A stretch of 64,000 nt of DNA from Octopus vulgaris (lineage: Eukaryota): the NCBI GenBank assembly GCA_951406725.2, contig OX597823.1, positions 7,936,001 through 8,000,000 on the forward strand, written 5' to 3'. Numbering within the stretch: the first letter of the stretch is position 1; each line of letters opens with the position of its first letter. Positions 1 to 12,238 of the stretch are shown one piece after another. The notes under the pieces were generated by a model. It was not told the DNA's origin and did not search any database. It saw only the letters and a list, made by a program, of their open reading frames with translations. A program made the position numbers and the translations under genes.

Positions 1-249
1 ATGTTTAAGTGGGAATAAAAATTGCACATCTGTAACTGCTCATAATCTGTGCAGTGTAAATACATGTAAGTCATGAGGATCATAATAATATGGTATGTAA
101 AATTGCACAATAAGAGAAAATAAATTTTGAGGATGAACAAGTCTCCATGTTCTATATTGTTATGATTATTGCCAATATATCTATATATGTGTGTGTTTGT
201 GTATATATATGCATATATATATATATAATATATATATATATATATAAAT

Positions 250-645
250 ATTAAAATTACTAAGTCTCTCTAAAGGAGATTATGGCAGCATTACTGGATA
301 TTAATAGTTATCGCCATACTAATATGGTAGTCTATAAATATAAAACTAAAGCTGTCGCTCTTGGTGCTAATCAGCAACAGCTTTAGTCTTATATTTATGT
401 GAAGACACATACAATAGAAATACAAACTGGCTGACAGTTAGTAAGGAGAGACACACAAATAAGAAAGAAGAAAGCAAAGGACCACTGATGTGGTCACAGC
501 AGTGTGACGAAAGAACTCTGGCCGAAATAAGATTAAGTTTAATGTAAAAAATAAATAACACTGAAGCTAAGTAACACCAAATATATAGTGCATATGTTTT
601 TATTGGCTAAACTGGCAAAATGACCATTCCAAAATACAACAACAT
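250..645 (+). mobile_element. Non-autonomous Penelope-like pLTR fragment between (TA)n tracts, carrying a hammerhead motif
   Basis: Flanked by (TA)n on both sides; hammerhead-like motif at 479-523 followed by AATAAA (~550); 5' part (250-398) is an inverted copy of ~3540-3655. Confidence 0.5.
479..523 (+). ncRNA. Minimal type-I hammerhead ribozyme motif (A9->T variant)
   Basis: GGACCA-CTGATG(T)-G-GTCACA gcag TGTGAC-GAAA-G aa C-TC-TGGCC: perfect 6-bp stem II, stem I CCA/TGG, CUC triplet. Confidence 0.6.
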
Positions 646-796
646 ATATATATATATATATACACACATCATTAATAAGAGCATTGAAACAAAGTCTTGT
701 AAACGAAATAACTGTATGTTAATTGAAGTAACTGCACTGAATGTGTTAAACCTGTATGTTCATTGAAATTTTGTTTCAATATAGTAATACTGTATA

Positions 797-975
797 AGGT
801 GGCAAGCTGACAGAATTGTTAGCATGCTGGGCAAAGTGCTTAGCTACATTGCATCTGTCTTTGCATTCTGAATTCAAATTCCACTAAGTTCAACATTACC
901 TTTCATCCTTTCCAGGTTGATAAAATAAGTACCAGTTGAGCACAGGGATCAATGTAATTGATTTACCATTTTCCC
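797..975 (+). mobile_element. Degenerate tRNA-derived SINE, family B
   Basis: Diverged match to family B head (TTCAAATTCC B-box) and CCTTTCATCCTT...GATAAAATAAGTACCAG core. Confidence 0.7.
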
Positions 976-1071
976 CAAATTATTATATTTTACTTTCCAT
1001 TTCTTAAAATATGTTTAACAAATACGTCAAAGAATAATTGTACTGGTAATTTTATATGAACCACAGTATGA

Positions 1072-1072
1072 T

Positions 1073-1110
<38 letters not shown>

Positions 1111-1410
1111 AATTATTGTATACAGTGCTCAGGTGCACCACAACTTGTCAGAAAGTGCATATAAAGTACATGCAGTAATGTACAAATGTCTGGAAAGCGA
1201 ACAATGCATGAGTCAGATACATGCTTGTATGCGTATGGAGAGGAGAAAATCAGGTGTAGTGTTGGCGAATCTCAGAAAGCATGGAAGTTTTGAAGGATGC
1301 AGTGCTTCGACAACTAACAACTGATGCTGGCAGTTTGTTCCATGCTTCAGCAACTCTCAGCATGAAAAGTGTTTCCTGAAGTCATGGGAGCTGTGCTGTT
1401 TTCTGATGCC
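1072..1410 (-). mobile_element. CR1-group LINE 3' end with (ATT)n tail
   Basis: Minus strand reads LRVAEAWNKLPASVVSCRSTASFKTSM; same family at 60001-60170 and 40210-40295. Confidence 0.75.
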
Positions 1411-1824
1411 CTACCAATTTAATTATTCAGTGCAATCTACATATCAATGTTATTAAGTCTTAAGAAAAGAAAAATTGTCCTTACCTCTTTATGTCTATTC
1501 TAAATTTGATTTACGTTGTGTTTAGTTGTTCTGTTTCAATCATTCTGTTGATATTTACTATATTAGTCTTTATATTATATATTCTTATTTTTCAAGTGTG
1601 TCACTTGAAAACACAAACAACAAGTCATAAGTTAAGTGCTTAACCACTCACGTACCAATCCTTTATGCAATTCAATATTCTCTAAATATATTTTATCTAA
1701 GTTAATACACGTGTCTCAACAGTGTATCTCTTTCTTGTGACTCAAAAGCAGGCTGTGATTTTACACACATCCGGGCATATATATATATTCACACACACAT
1801 ACCAACCTGCCGTTTTACCTACCA

Positions 1825-1953
<129 letters not shown>

Positions 1954-2236
1954 AAAAATTATTATTTTATCTATTATTTTCTCTAATTTATATATATATA
2001 TATATATATCATTATTATTATTATTATTACAAATTTGGAATTTTACCAATAGGACCACAACTTCAATTTCAGGACAACCTTATTTTCTGGAGTACACATA
2101 GAAAGTTATATCCAATATACTAAACTAATAATATATGCATTTTAAAGCCTTCTATAACTTACAATAATATTAAAGTATAATAGAATTAATTTTAAATTGT
2201 TTAAACATATTTGAAAAATATATATACCTTACCATA

Positions 2237-2640
2237 GGCATAGGAGTGGCTGTGTGGTAAGTAGCTTGCTAACCAACCACATGGTTCCGGGTTCAGTCCC
2301 ACTGCATGGCATCTTGGGCAAGTGTCTTCTGCTATAGCCTCAGGCCGACCAATGCCTTGTGAGTGGATTTGGTAGACGGAAACTGAAAGAAGCCTGTCGT
2401 ATATATGTATATATGTGTGTGTGTGTATATGTTTGTGTGTCTGTGTTTGTACCCCCCAACATCGCTTGACAACCGATGCTGGTGTGTTTACGTCCCCGTA
2501 ACTTAGTGGTTCGGTAAAAGAGACCGATAGAATAAGTATTGGGCTTACAAAGAATAAGTCCTGGGGTCGATTTGCTCGACTAAAAGGCGGTACTCCAGCA
2601 TGGCCGCAGTAAAATGACTGAAACAAGTAAAAGAGTAAAA
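2237..2640 (+). mobile_element. tRNA-derived SINE, family A (full length)
   Basis: A-box-like TGGCTGTGTGG, B-box-like GGTTCAGTCCC, internal (TA/TG)n, tail GACTGAAACAAGTAAAAGAG; ~10 copies in window. Confidence 0.9.
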
Positions 2641-2754
2641 GTAACTTACTAATATATTTTTACAAAATTTTTAAAATTCATAAAAATTTAATAAAATTAA
2701 ACACCTAAAAATGCAATAGCAATATATACATAGAAAATGGTAAACATAAAGAAA

Positions 2755-3158
2755 CTCTCTCTTTTACTTGTTTCAGTCATTTGACTGCAGCCATGCTGGA
2801 GCACCGCTTTTAGTCAAGCAAATCGACCCCGGGACTTATTCTTTGTAAGCCCAGTACTTATTCTATCAGTCTCTTTTGCCGAACCGCTAAGTGACGGGGA
2901 TGTAAACACACCAGCATTGGTTGTCAAGCAACGCTAGGGGGACAAACACACACACACAAACACACACACATACACATACATATATATACATATATACGAC
3001 AGGCTTCTTTCAGTTTCCGTCACCCAAATCCACTCACAAGGCATTGGTCGGCCCGGGGCTATAGCAGAAGACACTTGCCCAAGATGCCATGCAGTGGGAC
3101 TGAACCCAGAACTATGTGGTTGGTTAGCAAGCTACTTACCACACAGCCACTTCTGCGC
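2755..3158 (-). mobile_element. tRNA-derived SINE, family A (full length)
   Basis: Reverse complement of 2237-2640. Confidence 0.9.
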
Positions 3159-3390
3159 TTATTATTTTATAAACACATCAAACTATACCGCCTATCTATA
3201 TAAACATTACGGGAATTGATAATTTATTGTAAGAATTACCTTTATCAATACTAGAGTAAATTACTATTATTATGTCAAACGTAAGTTTATAATATTTAAA
3301 AAGCAAAAAAAAAATGACCATCCTAAAATACTACAATATGCCATGCTGGAGCACTTCGTTGATATATATATATATACATATATATTAATA

Positions 3391-3593
3391 TTATCGCCAT
3401 ACTAATATGGCAGTCTATAAATATAAGACTAAAGCTGTCGCTAATTAGCTCCAAGAGGCCATCACCTCTAGCTAGCTATATGACATACGAACCTGCGTTC
3501 ATATATAGCTAGCTAGAGGCGATGGCCTCTTGGAGCTAATCAGCAACAGCTTTAGTATTATATTTATAGACTGCCATATTAGTATGGCGATAA
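3391..3593. repeat. Near-perfect ~200-bp foldback palindrome
   Basis: TTATCGCCATACTAATATGGCAGTCTATAAATATAA...GCTAGCTATA mirrored by TATAGCTAGC...TATTAGTATGGCGATAA; ~90-bp arms, ~15-20-nt loop. Confidence 0.9.
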
Positions 3594-3654
3594 CTATTAA
3601 TATCCAGTAACACTGCCGTAATCTCCTTTAGAGAGACTTAGTAATTTTTTAATA

Positions 3655-3686
<32 letters not shown>

Positions 3687-3778
3687 CAACGGAGTGATAT
3701 AGTAAAATAAGGATTCAGATAGAATCAGGTTCTTGAAAGGATATGCACCAGGTAGTGTTGAAAAGACCTGTGGTTCCA

Positions 3779-4190
3779 GGGTTGGCTGTGTGGTAAGCTC
3801 AAATTCCGCTGAGGTCAACTTTGCCTTTCATATTAAATTAAGTACTGGTTGCTGCATACTGGGGTCGATCTAATCGACTGGCCCTCTCCTCAAACATTTC
3901 AGGCCTTGGGTAGAAAAGTAGCTTGTTTACCAATCACATGGTTTTTGGTTCAGTCCCACTATGTAGCACCATGGACAAGTGTCTTCTACTATAGCCTAGG
4001 GCCAAAAGAAGCCTTGTGAGTGGATTTGGTAGACAGAAACTGAAAGAAGCCCATCGCATGTATATATGGCAAAAGAGACTGATAGTATAAGTACTATGCT
4101 TACAAAGAATAAGGATTGGGGTCAGTTTGTTCGACTAAAGGTGGTGCTCCAGCATGGCCACAGTCAAATGCCTGAAACAAGTAAAAGAAT
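3779..4190 (+). mobile_element. Family A SINE interrupted by a 5'-truncated family B SINE (3798-3918)
   Basis: A head stops at GGTAAG (3797), B body follows, A resumes at TAGCTTG (3919). Confidence 0.75.
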
Positions 4191-4206
4191 ATATATATAT
4201 ATATAT

Positions 4207-5830
4207 CCTGATGGGCTGGAGGCTTTTCCTGGCTTCATACCCTTAATTGCTTTATCTACCAGGGAGCTGTCTATTGGGATAGCTGGTCCCTCTACTGGGT
4301 CAACATTTGACAGGCTCTCTTCTTCCCATTCATTCTCCACGTTCAGCAGTCTTTCATAGTGGCTTCTCCAATCCTCTTTCTTTTCCGAATCATTAAAATC
4401 AAGTGCACCATCATCCATGTGGACACATTTCTCTTCTGTGACATCACAATTTTCTCTCACACACTGTCTTGCAATCCAAAATACCTCAGTTCTTTGGTCC
4501 TCACATCGCTGGACATTGGCAAACTTCTTTTCTGCTTTGCCCTTGGCTATGTATACCTGCCGCCCAGGCTTTCCAGGCCTGTTTCTTTGCTCTAATGGCT
4601 CTACCATACTATTCCACCACCACATAACTCTAGGTCTAGAAGGGACTTTGCACCATCCGCATATTTGGTCTGTGGCACTCAGCAAGCTGTCCGGTAGGAA
4701 TTTCCAGCTATCTTCTATGTGCCATGTCTGCAGCTCCTCCTCCTTCTCATCAAATTTCTTGATGCGGATATCCCTAAATCTCTGACCATGTGAAGGGTTC
4801 TTTAGCTTCCAAATCCTTCTTTTTGGGATTGGTCTACTTCTTGGTATCCATTTGGCCTCGAGCCTAAAGTCAGTAATGGCTAGCCTATGCTGGGGGGATA
4901 CATTCTTCACCCGGGAGGGTCTTTGTATTTAAGAACAACCCTGTGTCCCGCTGTCTGGTGAGGATGAAACCAACCTGGCTAGCAGAGTCGCATGACTGAT
5001 AGGTTATCAGGTGGCTGTCTGGTTTCCCCTGAAGTTAGTGTTGCAGATTAAAAGGTTACATGCATCACAGAACTCTAGTCGCCTAGTTCGCTTGTCGTTT
5101 CGGAAAGCAATACCATGGCCCCCGTGTACACCAGTGAAGATACCAGATTGCCGCCCAGCATGCCCATTAAAATCTCCAGCCGCAAAGATGAAGTCATTGC
5201 CACTCATCTTTGAGGTAGCCTGTAGAAGGGTATCATAAAAGTGGTCCTTCCGATCATTTGATAGGCCCGCTTGTGGGGCGTAGGCAGAGATAATTGTAGC
5301 TGTGCTGTTCTGCAGGACTAGCCTGAGCTAAAGCACACTATTGCATACTCTGACAACCTCTATGACTTTATCTACCCATTTCTCCACAAGGAGTATGCCT
5401 ACATCCCCCTCTCCATCCATCTTACCTTGCCAGAAGATTTTGTACCTATGTGCCTTGCCTGTGAGGACCTTAGCTGAAGCTCCTCTCCACCTTACCTCTT
5501 GTATGCAGCATACATTGACACGTCTCCTTTCAAGCATCTCTACAATCTCACTAGACCTAGTTTTCAGTGTGCCTACATTGACTGTGTCGACTCTGAAAAC
5601 TGGGAAAGGAATGTGAGGTGAGGCTTGTGGAGGAGAGATATTATTCAGTGTCAGAAAAGAAGAGGAAGGTTGTCGGGTTCGTTTTTTAGTCATGCTTCAT
5701 CTGTTCTCACTTCCGACCTAACATCATTCATACATTCAAGTGTGTTAGGATTAAGATCGTTGCCCCTACAAGAGATAGGACTAGGAGTTTTAGGTGTTAG
5801 CGGCATTGTGAGCATAAGCATTATGGTCAT
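4207..5830 (-). mobile_element. RTE-clade LINE, 5' portion with disrupted APE endonuclease
   Basis: Frameshifted ORFs with TVNVGTL..CCIQEVRW, AGDFNGHAG, QHRLAITDF and WWWN motifs. Confidence 0.85.
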
Positions 5831-6960
5831 GGTAAGGTGGGAGGGGTGATTTCAGACAGAAAGAGAGGAAGCAAGTTCATCCATTGTCATCATAAGAGGT
5901 GGGTGATTTCAGACAGAGAGAGGAAGCGAGTTCATCTATACATACACACAAGCATGCACGCACACAGACACAGGTGGAAAGGTAGCAAGTTCATCCTTAC
6001 ATACACACAGCACGCATGCATACAGACACAAGCAAACAAGCACACACATACAGCCCATTAGCTGTCTCCTTCACTTGATATGTGCAAAAAAATTACTGGG
6101 TAGTTGTTGGAATATTTCTAGATGGGATGAAATGAAGTGAAGGATAGTCAGTTAAGTAGGTGGGCAGCTAACCTAGTTGCATTTTGCAGGGAGAGAGTGG
6201 GGGTGCAGGTGGTATAGAGAACAGCACCAGAGAAGAAGGGGGACTGAGAGAAGAGACATCTGGTAATGGTGGTGAGAAATCGCTAGACAGAACGAAACGA
6301 AATGAAGGGCAACTGAGTTAGTTGCATATGCCCCAGGAGAGAGAGAGATAGAGAGAGAGAGAGAGTGCAGGTAATATATAGAAAACAGCCCAGTGAGGAG
6401 AAGTAGTGAAGAGAAGAGACATCAGGTAATGGTGGTGGGAGGAGAGAGAGATATCCAGTGTTGATGGTGAGAAGATAGAGATAAAGATCAGGGTAAAGAT
6501 CAAGATATCCAGTATTGGTGGTGGGGTGGGACAGGGTGGGCGCACCGTGAACAAACGAGTTTAATTTGGGAAAAATGGTATGAGCATCTATCGTAAGTAT
6601 CAGGGATGTTTAGTATAATATACATTCATAGTGTTTATGGCAGATGAGAAATTAAACTAGAGAAACAAAAAATAAGAAATTAAACAGGCCAAGATACAAG
6701 TAATTATCCTAATTTAATTAGTTAGCTTCTGAGAAAAATTAATTATTAATAAACAGTACATTTAAATAGTGAACATTACATTTAAAGTGTTAATGGCGAA
6801 TGGATGAATGGAGGATTGAAAAATGAGGCTTAGCTTAGCTTAGCAATGCATGATAATCATTTGGTGATTGGGCAAGAATACATGAGAGAATTGAATAGTA
6901 GGGGGCACGTAGGACAGGGATTTTAAAACAGATAAATGCAACCAGAAGCTAGTTTAGGGG

Positions 6961-7335
6961 AGATGGTTGGAGGCGGTTGGATGGAACCTACACTCGCCTC
7001 CTTATGAGAGCTCAAAATCTCTCGTGGAAGCGCCATCCAACCAAAATGCAAATATATGGGAAACTACCACCTGTGTCATCTCTTGTGAAAGGTAAGAGAG
7101 TCCAGTTTGCTGGACATTGTTGTAGAGCTGAAAAAGAGGTAATTTCTACTCTTCTCCTCTGGAAGCCATCTACTCGCAATACCAGAGGGTGCATACTCTC
7201 CTACCCTGATGTAATCTCCAAGGATACAGGCATCCAGCAACAGGACCTCCGTAATGCCATGATGGACCGTGAAGTCTGGCGTAGCATGGTAAATTCCATT
7301 GTCTTGACCACGGTCGAACAATGATGATGATGATG
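6961..7335 (+). mobile_element. RTE-like LINE 3' fragment with (GAT)n tail
   Basis: ORF ..RVQFAGHCCR..AMMDREVWRSMV; near-identical copy at 21092-21382. Confidence 0.8.
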
Positions 7336-7852
7336 GAGATGGTACGAGGATCGAATGAAAGGAGCAGGAGTGTTTTGTATAGTATACATTCATAATGTTC
7401 ATGGCGGATGAGAAATTAAACTAGAGTGCGAATTATGCTATTTCTTGCACAAATTTACAGCTCAAATCCAATTGAAATGATCTTTTTCTATTTTGTAATT
7501 TGTGTTTGTGATGAGCGTATTTAAAACACCTGATCTTCAATATAAACTTAAAAGGAAGTTTTTCCAGAAATCCTGTCCTTTACCTTTTCTTTCTAACATA
7601 TCTGAGGTGACATTTCTGTCCCCACCCCCTTATATTGTTTCCTAAATTTCTTCTGATTCCTATGTTTACGACACCGAACATTAGGATCTCACCCACAAAA
7701 CATGTTCTCAAGATTTTCATTTTCTCCCTCTCCACACCAAATTCATTTTTTTACTTCTTTCAAATTTTTATTCTTGGTAAGCTATGAAGCAAAAAACAGA
7801 GAGTACAAATCTTTAAGAATTTTACCCATATCACCACTTTCAAAAATATACA

Positions 7853-7910
7853 TACTCCCAATGTTTCGCTTTTAGCTTTTTGGAAAGCAGGGAAGTTTCG
7901 TCAGAAATAA
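7853..7910 (-). ncRNA. Decayed hammerhead-like motif (possible Penelope relic)
   Basis: Minus strand CTGACGA-A-ACTT...AAGC-GAAAC-ATT-GGGAG; core boxes intact, stems I and III eroded. Confidence 0.35.
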
Positions 7911-8465
7911 TGTCATTTACCTGTTGTTTCTAGCATGTTGGCTTTTCTGATGGTGGTTTGGTATTTTTTAAGTCTACTATTTCAGTAGAATTCTGCGCAT
8001 GCGGGAAACATTAGACAAAAGTGAAAGATTAAGAGATTTTAGCTTTTTGAATTTAGCTGGTAGGTGATGGGTGGGCAAGGTGGGGGAAGGGCATTGAGTG
8101 TTTCTGTAAGAAAAATTAAACTATAAAATATATATATATATATATGTTGCCAGCCTCGCCTGGCCCCCGTGCCGGTGGCACATAAAAAGCACCATCTTTC
8201 TAGTGCTAGAATGGCCATTGACCATTCGTCTGGTCTCCGTGCCGGTGGCATGTAATATATATATTTAGCACATATATACACTCACATGTGAGTGGTATGG
8301 CGTATAGGAAGGACATCCATAGGAAACATATATAGATATATAACTGGGCCTGGTGCAGCCTCCATGGATAACATATATCCCAGACTGCTAGTTGAAGCAC
8401 GTCCAACCCATGCTAAGAATTGATGCTTTTACTGTATTATATGGGCAAAGGTAAGGTAATTGATA

Positions 8466-8547
<82 letters not shown>

Positions 8548-8552
<5 letters not shown>

Positions 8553-8825
8553 GGAAATTAAAATTTTGAAAATGTGATTTCTGGACAAAATCGTATTAAC
8601 CCCATTTTATACAATGAAACAAATCATAGTTTCTAATCCTTCTTAAGAACAGAATGCATTTTCATACAAATTGTACACTCCCCACTTCACTTTTAAACAA
8701 ACTATAACTTCCATCATTCCATTAACTATATATCAGCTGTACTTATTCTGCCCATAAGAAAGGAGCAGATAATACAAAGTGCTTATAGGTCATAACACCC
8801 AGGCAACGCCGGGATGCATTGCTAG
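8548..8825 (+). mobile_element. Non-autonomous Helitron-like element (3' end clear)
   Basis: CCCAGGCAACGCCGGG hairpin then CTAG|T; 5' boundary lost in (TA)n. Confidence 0.6.
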
Positions 8826-8862
8826 TGTATATATATATAAAAATGTCTGTATATATATATAT

Positions 8863-9092
8863 ATTTCTTTACTACCCACAAGGGGCTAAACACAGAGAGG
8901 ACAAACAAGGACAGACAAATGGATTAAGTCGATTACATCGACCCCAGTGCGCAACTGGTACTTAATTTATCGACCCCGAAAGGATGAAAGGCAAAGTCGA
9001 CCTCGGCGGAATTTGAACTCAGAACGTAACGGCAGACGAAATACGGCCACGCATTTCACCCGGCGTGCTGACGTTTCTGCCAGCTCACTGCC
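8863..9092 (-). mobile_element. tRNA-derived SINE, family B
   Basis: Head GAGCTGGCAGAAACG..GAGTTCAAATTCC, core GCCTTTCATCCTTTCGGGGTCGATAAATTAAGTACCAG (resembles the MetaSINE central domain as I recall it). Confidence 0.85.
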
Positions 9093-9221
9093 TGTATATA
9101 TATATATGTGTGTGTGTGTTTGTGTATGTATTTATATATATATATATACACACATATATATAAATGTGATAGACAGTCGTTCCATTGTTTTGTTATCTGT
9201 GATGCACCCATCCTTTCCTGC

Positions 9222-9354
9222 CCCACCACCTACACCAGAAACCTCTCACTCAGCAATACTTAACCTTCTGTCCTCCCCCAATCCTAGGACAGAACAAGTG
9301 TTCCTGAGAGAGAAGTTTCAGTACAGAAGAGAGGTTTCTGGTGTAGGTGGTGGG
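9222..9354. repeat. Inverted repeat, 26-bp perfect arms
   Basis: CCCACCACCTACACCAGAAACCTCTC (9222-9247) / GAGAGGTTTCTGGTGTAGGTGGTGGG (9329-9354); related sequence at 13015-13140. Confidence 0.85.
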
Positions 9355-9495
9355 AATCATAAAATATTAACATGTAGGCATGTATTTTTATTTGTAAAAT
9401 GCACATTACACATATACAATTAAGAAAACACAAGTTTCTTATATGTATATGATGAATTTTTGTCTTGTTATTTTTATCTTTTTATAAGCATAAAT

Positions 9496-9659
9496 GAGTG
9501 GCTGTGTGGTAAGTAGCTTGCTAACCAACCACATGGTTCCGGGTTCAGTCCCACTGCGTGGCATCTTGGGCAAATGTCTTCTGCTATAGCCCCGGGCCGA
9601 CCAATGCCTTGTGAGTGGATTTGGTAGATGGGAACTGAAAGAAGCCTGTCGTATATATG

Positions 9660-9690
<31 letters not shown>

Positions 9691-9905
9691 GTGTGTTTGT
9701 GTGTCTGTGTTTGTCTCCCTAGCATTGCTTGACAACCGATGCTGGTGTGTTTATGTCCCCGTTACTTAGCGGTTCGGCAAAAGAGACCGATAGAATAAGT
9801 ACTGGGCTTACAAGGAGTGGGTCCCGGGGTCGATTTGCTCGACTGAAGGCGGTGCCCCAGCATGGCCGCAGTCAAATGACTGAAACAAGTAATAGAGATA
9901 AAAGA
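9496..9905 (+). mobile_element. SINE family A
   Basis: Full match to family A. Confidence 0.9.
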
Positions 9906-10159
9906 GAAAGAGAAGAGATCTGTTTTTCCTGATTATTAAAGCCTTTGATTTAGTTAACTGCATAATGTATTAACTTTATAAACTTGGTTTTAGATCTAAT
10001 TTTATTCTTGGCTAAAAAGGTATATCGGTTTACCTTACTCTGTATTCACCCTTGAAGAAAACACTTGAAACTAACCTCTTGTTTGTTCAACTTTTTTGGA
10101 AATGCTTGTTTATTATTTCAGATAAACATAGCAAGTGCTTCTAGGAAAAGTGTAGACAA

Positions 10160-12238
10160 TATTCTGTCAAATATCTTGCTTATGGATTCATTAAATCTCC
10201 ACAAAATTCTACCATGCCTATGTGTCTGCTATGCAAGACTTCATTCTCAAATGAAAGAATGCATCCCTGCAAACTAAAAAACACATCTGGAGACTGCGCA
10301 TAGAGATATAAAAGACAAGTTACTTGATTTATTCAAAAGGTTACATGATGAGTTTCAAGGAAGGATGACATTGGATCAAATGTTCACTCAAAGAGCAGCA
10401 AAAGTAAACAAAGGAATGTTGGTTCCTTATAAGATAGCAAATTTAATTGCAAAAGCTGGTAAGCTTCATACCATTGGTGAATCTTTGATCATGCCTGCAG
10501 TGGCTGTAGTGCTTTCAACAGTCATGGATCAGAATCCACAAGAGGTTACTAGTGTTATTCCTCTGAGTAACTCATCAGTATCATGACGGATTGATGAAAT
10601 GGCAGCTGATGTTGAAAGCCAATTAGTTTCAAAACTTAGGGTAAATGAGTTCTCTTGAGGCCTATTTTGAAGAGAGCAACATTCCATTGAAGAACATTGT
10701 GGCTTGTGCAACAGATGGCGCTGCTGCTCTGATCAGAAGATATCAGAGATTCAGTGCTTACTGAAAAAAATACTGTTCTTAATGTGCTTTGTGTGCACTG
10801 TATTCTTCATCAACAGCAACTAGTTGCCAAACACATAGCAGGACGTTTGAATGATGCACTTATAAATGTTATCAAAGCTGTCAATTTGATAAAAAAGAAT
10901 GCACTGCAAGATTGCCTCTTTAAGCAATTATGTGGAAATAATGATGAGGAATTTGAATGACTTATGTTGTCAGATGGCTATCCAAGGGTAATTGCCTGCA
11001 TCGCTTTGTTGAACTCTGGGTCACTGTTATCTCTTTTTTGAGTGAAACAGAACTTGGAGAGAATCTTGTTGACGCAAAGAGTGATATTTTTTACTTGTTT
11101 GACAAACTTGAAAAGCTAAATGCCCTTAACAAAGAACTTCAAGGAAATAACTCCATTCTGCTTTCTTGCATAGAGAAAATCAAACTTTCAACGGGAAACT
11201 ATTATTTCGGTTGAATCTTGGAAGACGGGAATTTGCACAGTTTCATTCCTTAGCAAGCATATCCACTAAGCTTCTTGATGATGACTTAACAGTTGATATT
11301 GATCATTTGAAGCAGTTACATAATGATATGGAAATTCGCTTCTCTGATCTACTCCAAATGTTAGTGCCGCAATGGTTTGTGGATCTCTTCATTGTTGATC
11401 CATCTGAAGTTGATATTGACATACAAGAAAGCTTCATTCAATTTCAAAATAACACAGCAGCTCTAGCTAGGTTCAAGTATGGAGGATACCAGAAGCTGAG
11501 GATGAATGAAGAGATCTCTAAAAAGTACCCATTACTCTGGAAAAATGTTAAGTTGCTTTTACTCGGTTTTCCCACATCTTATTTAATTGATTCAAGTTTC
11601 AGTCGGGTGATGTGTCTGCTGTCAAAGACTCGAAATTGCTTTGACTTAGAAAAAAGAGGAGATTTACGCCTCTCACTGACAGCTTTGAAACAAACTAAAC
11701 ATTGAAAAGTTGGTAACCCTGCATTAGTCACAAAATTCCCATTGAAATCAGGCAATATAAACTAAAATTGTTATATTTTTTGCTTTGTAAATGTAAGTAA
11801 ATTTATTCAAATGAAATATTTATTCAACTATTTTTTTTTTTTTGTTTACAAGTGGGTCGGATGTTTGATGCAAAATTATATTTCTTTCAACTTCTCTAGA
11901 TGCATTAAGTTGAGGGACAGAGTGGGGATAAAAACTTAAATTAGCATGGGGGCCATAACAATTTCACATTGAATTAACCCTTTCGTTACTGTATTTATTT
12001 TGAGATGCTCTGTGTTTCTTCCAATCATTTTAAATATAACAAAGAATTTAGTAAAATAACATCGTTATCAATAAGCTAGTGTTAGGAACATAAATTGTGA
12101 CTAAGATTTGGTGGAAGATTTGAATTCAAAACTTATGAAAACAGGAGATTCATACTAAAGAGCCAGAGCCGGTTTCAGCCAGGTTGGTAACGAAAGGGTT
12201 AAAGGGGGCCACAGCCAGAATGAAATTGAGAAACACTA
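10160..12238 (+). mobile_element. Decayed hAT transposon (Buster/Charlie-like transposase, SCAND3/ZBED5-type)
   Basis: Frameshifted peptides KLHTIGESLIMPA, IPLSNSSV, ATDGAAA, HCILHQQQL, VRWLSKG, GFPTSYL; terminus TTGAGAAACACT. Confidence 0.85.
11978..12198. mobile_element. piggyBac-like MITE nested in the hAT end
   Basis: TTAA|CCCTTTCGTTAC ... GTAACGAAAGGG|TTAA: 12-bp TIR with TTAA target duplication. Confidence 0.85.

Noticed and set aside
2201-2626. Recurrent ORFs with CPRCHAVGLNPEPCGW or MRNWYLIYRPRK peptides
   Set aside because: Chance frames within SINE families A and B
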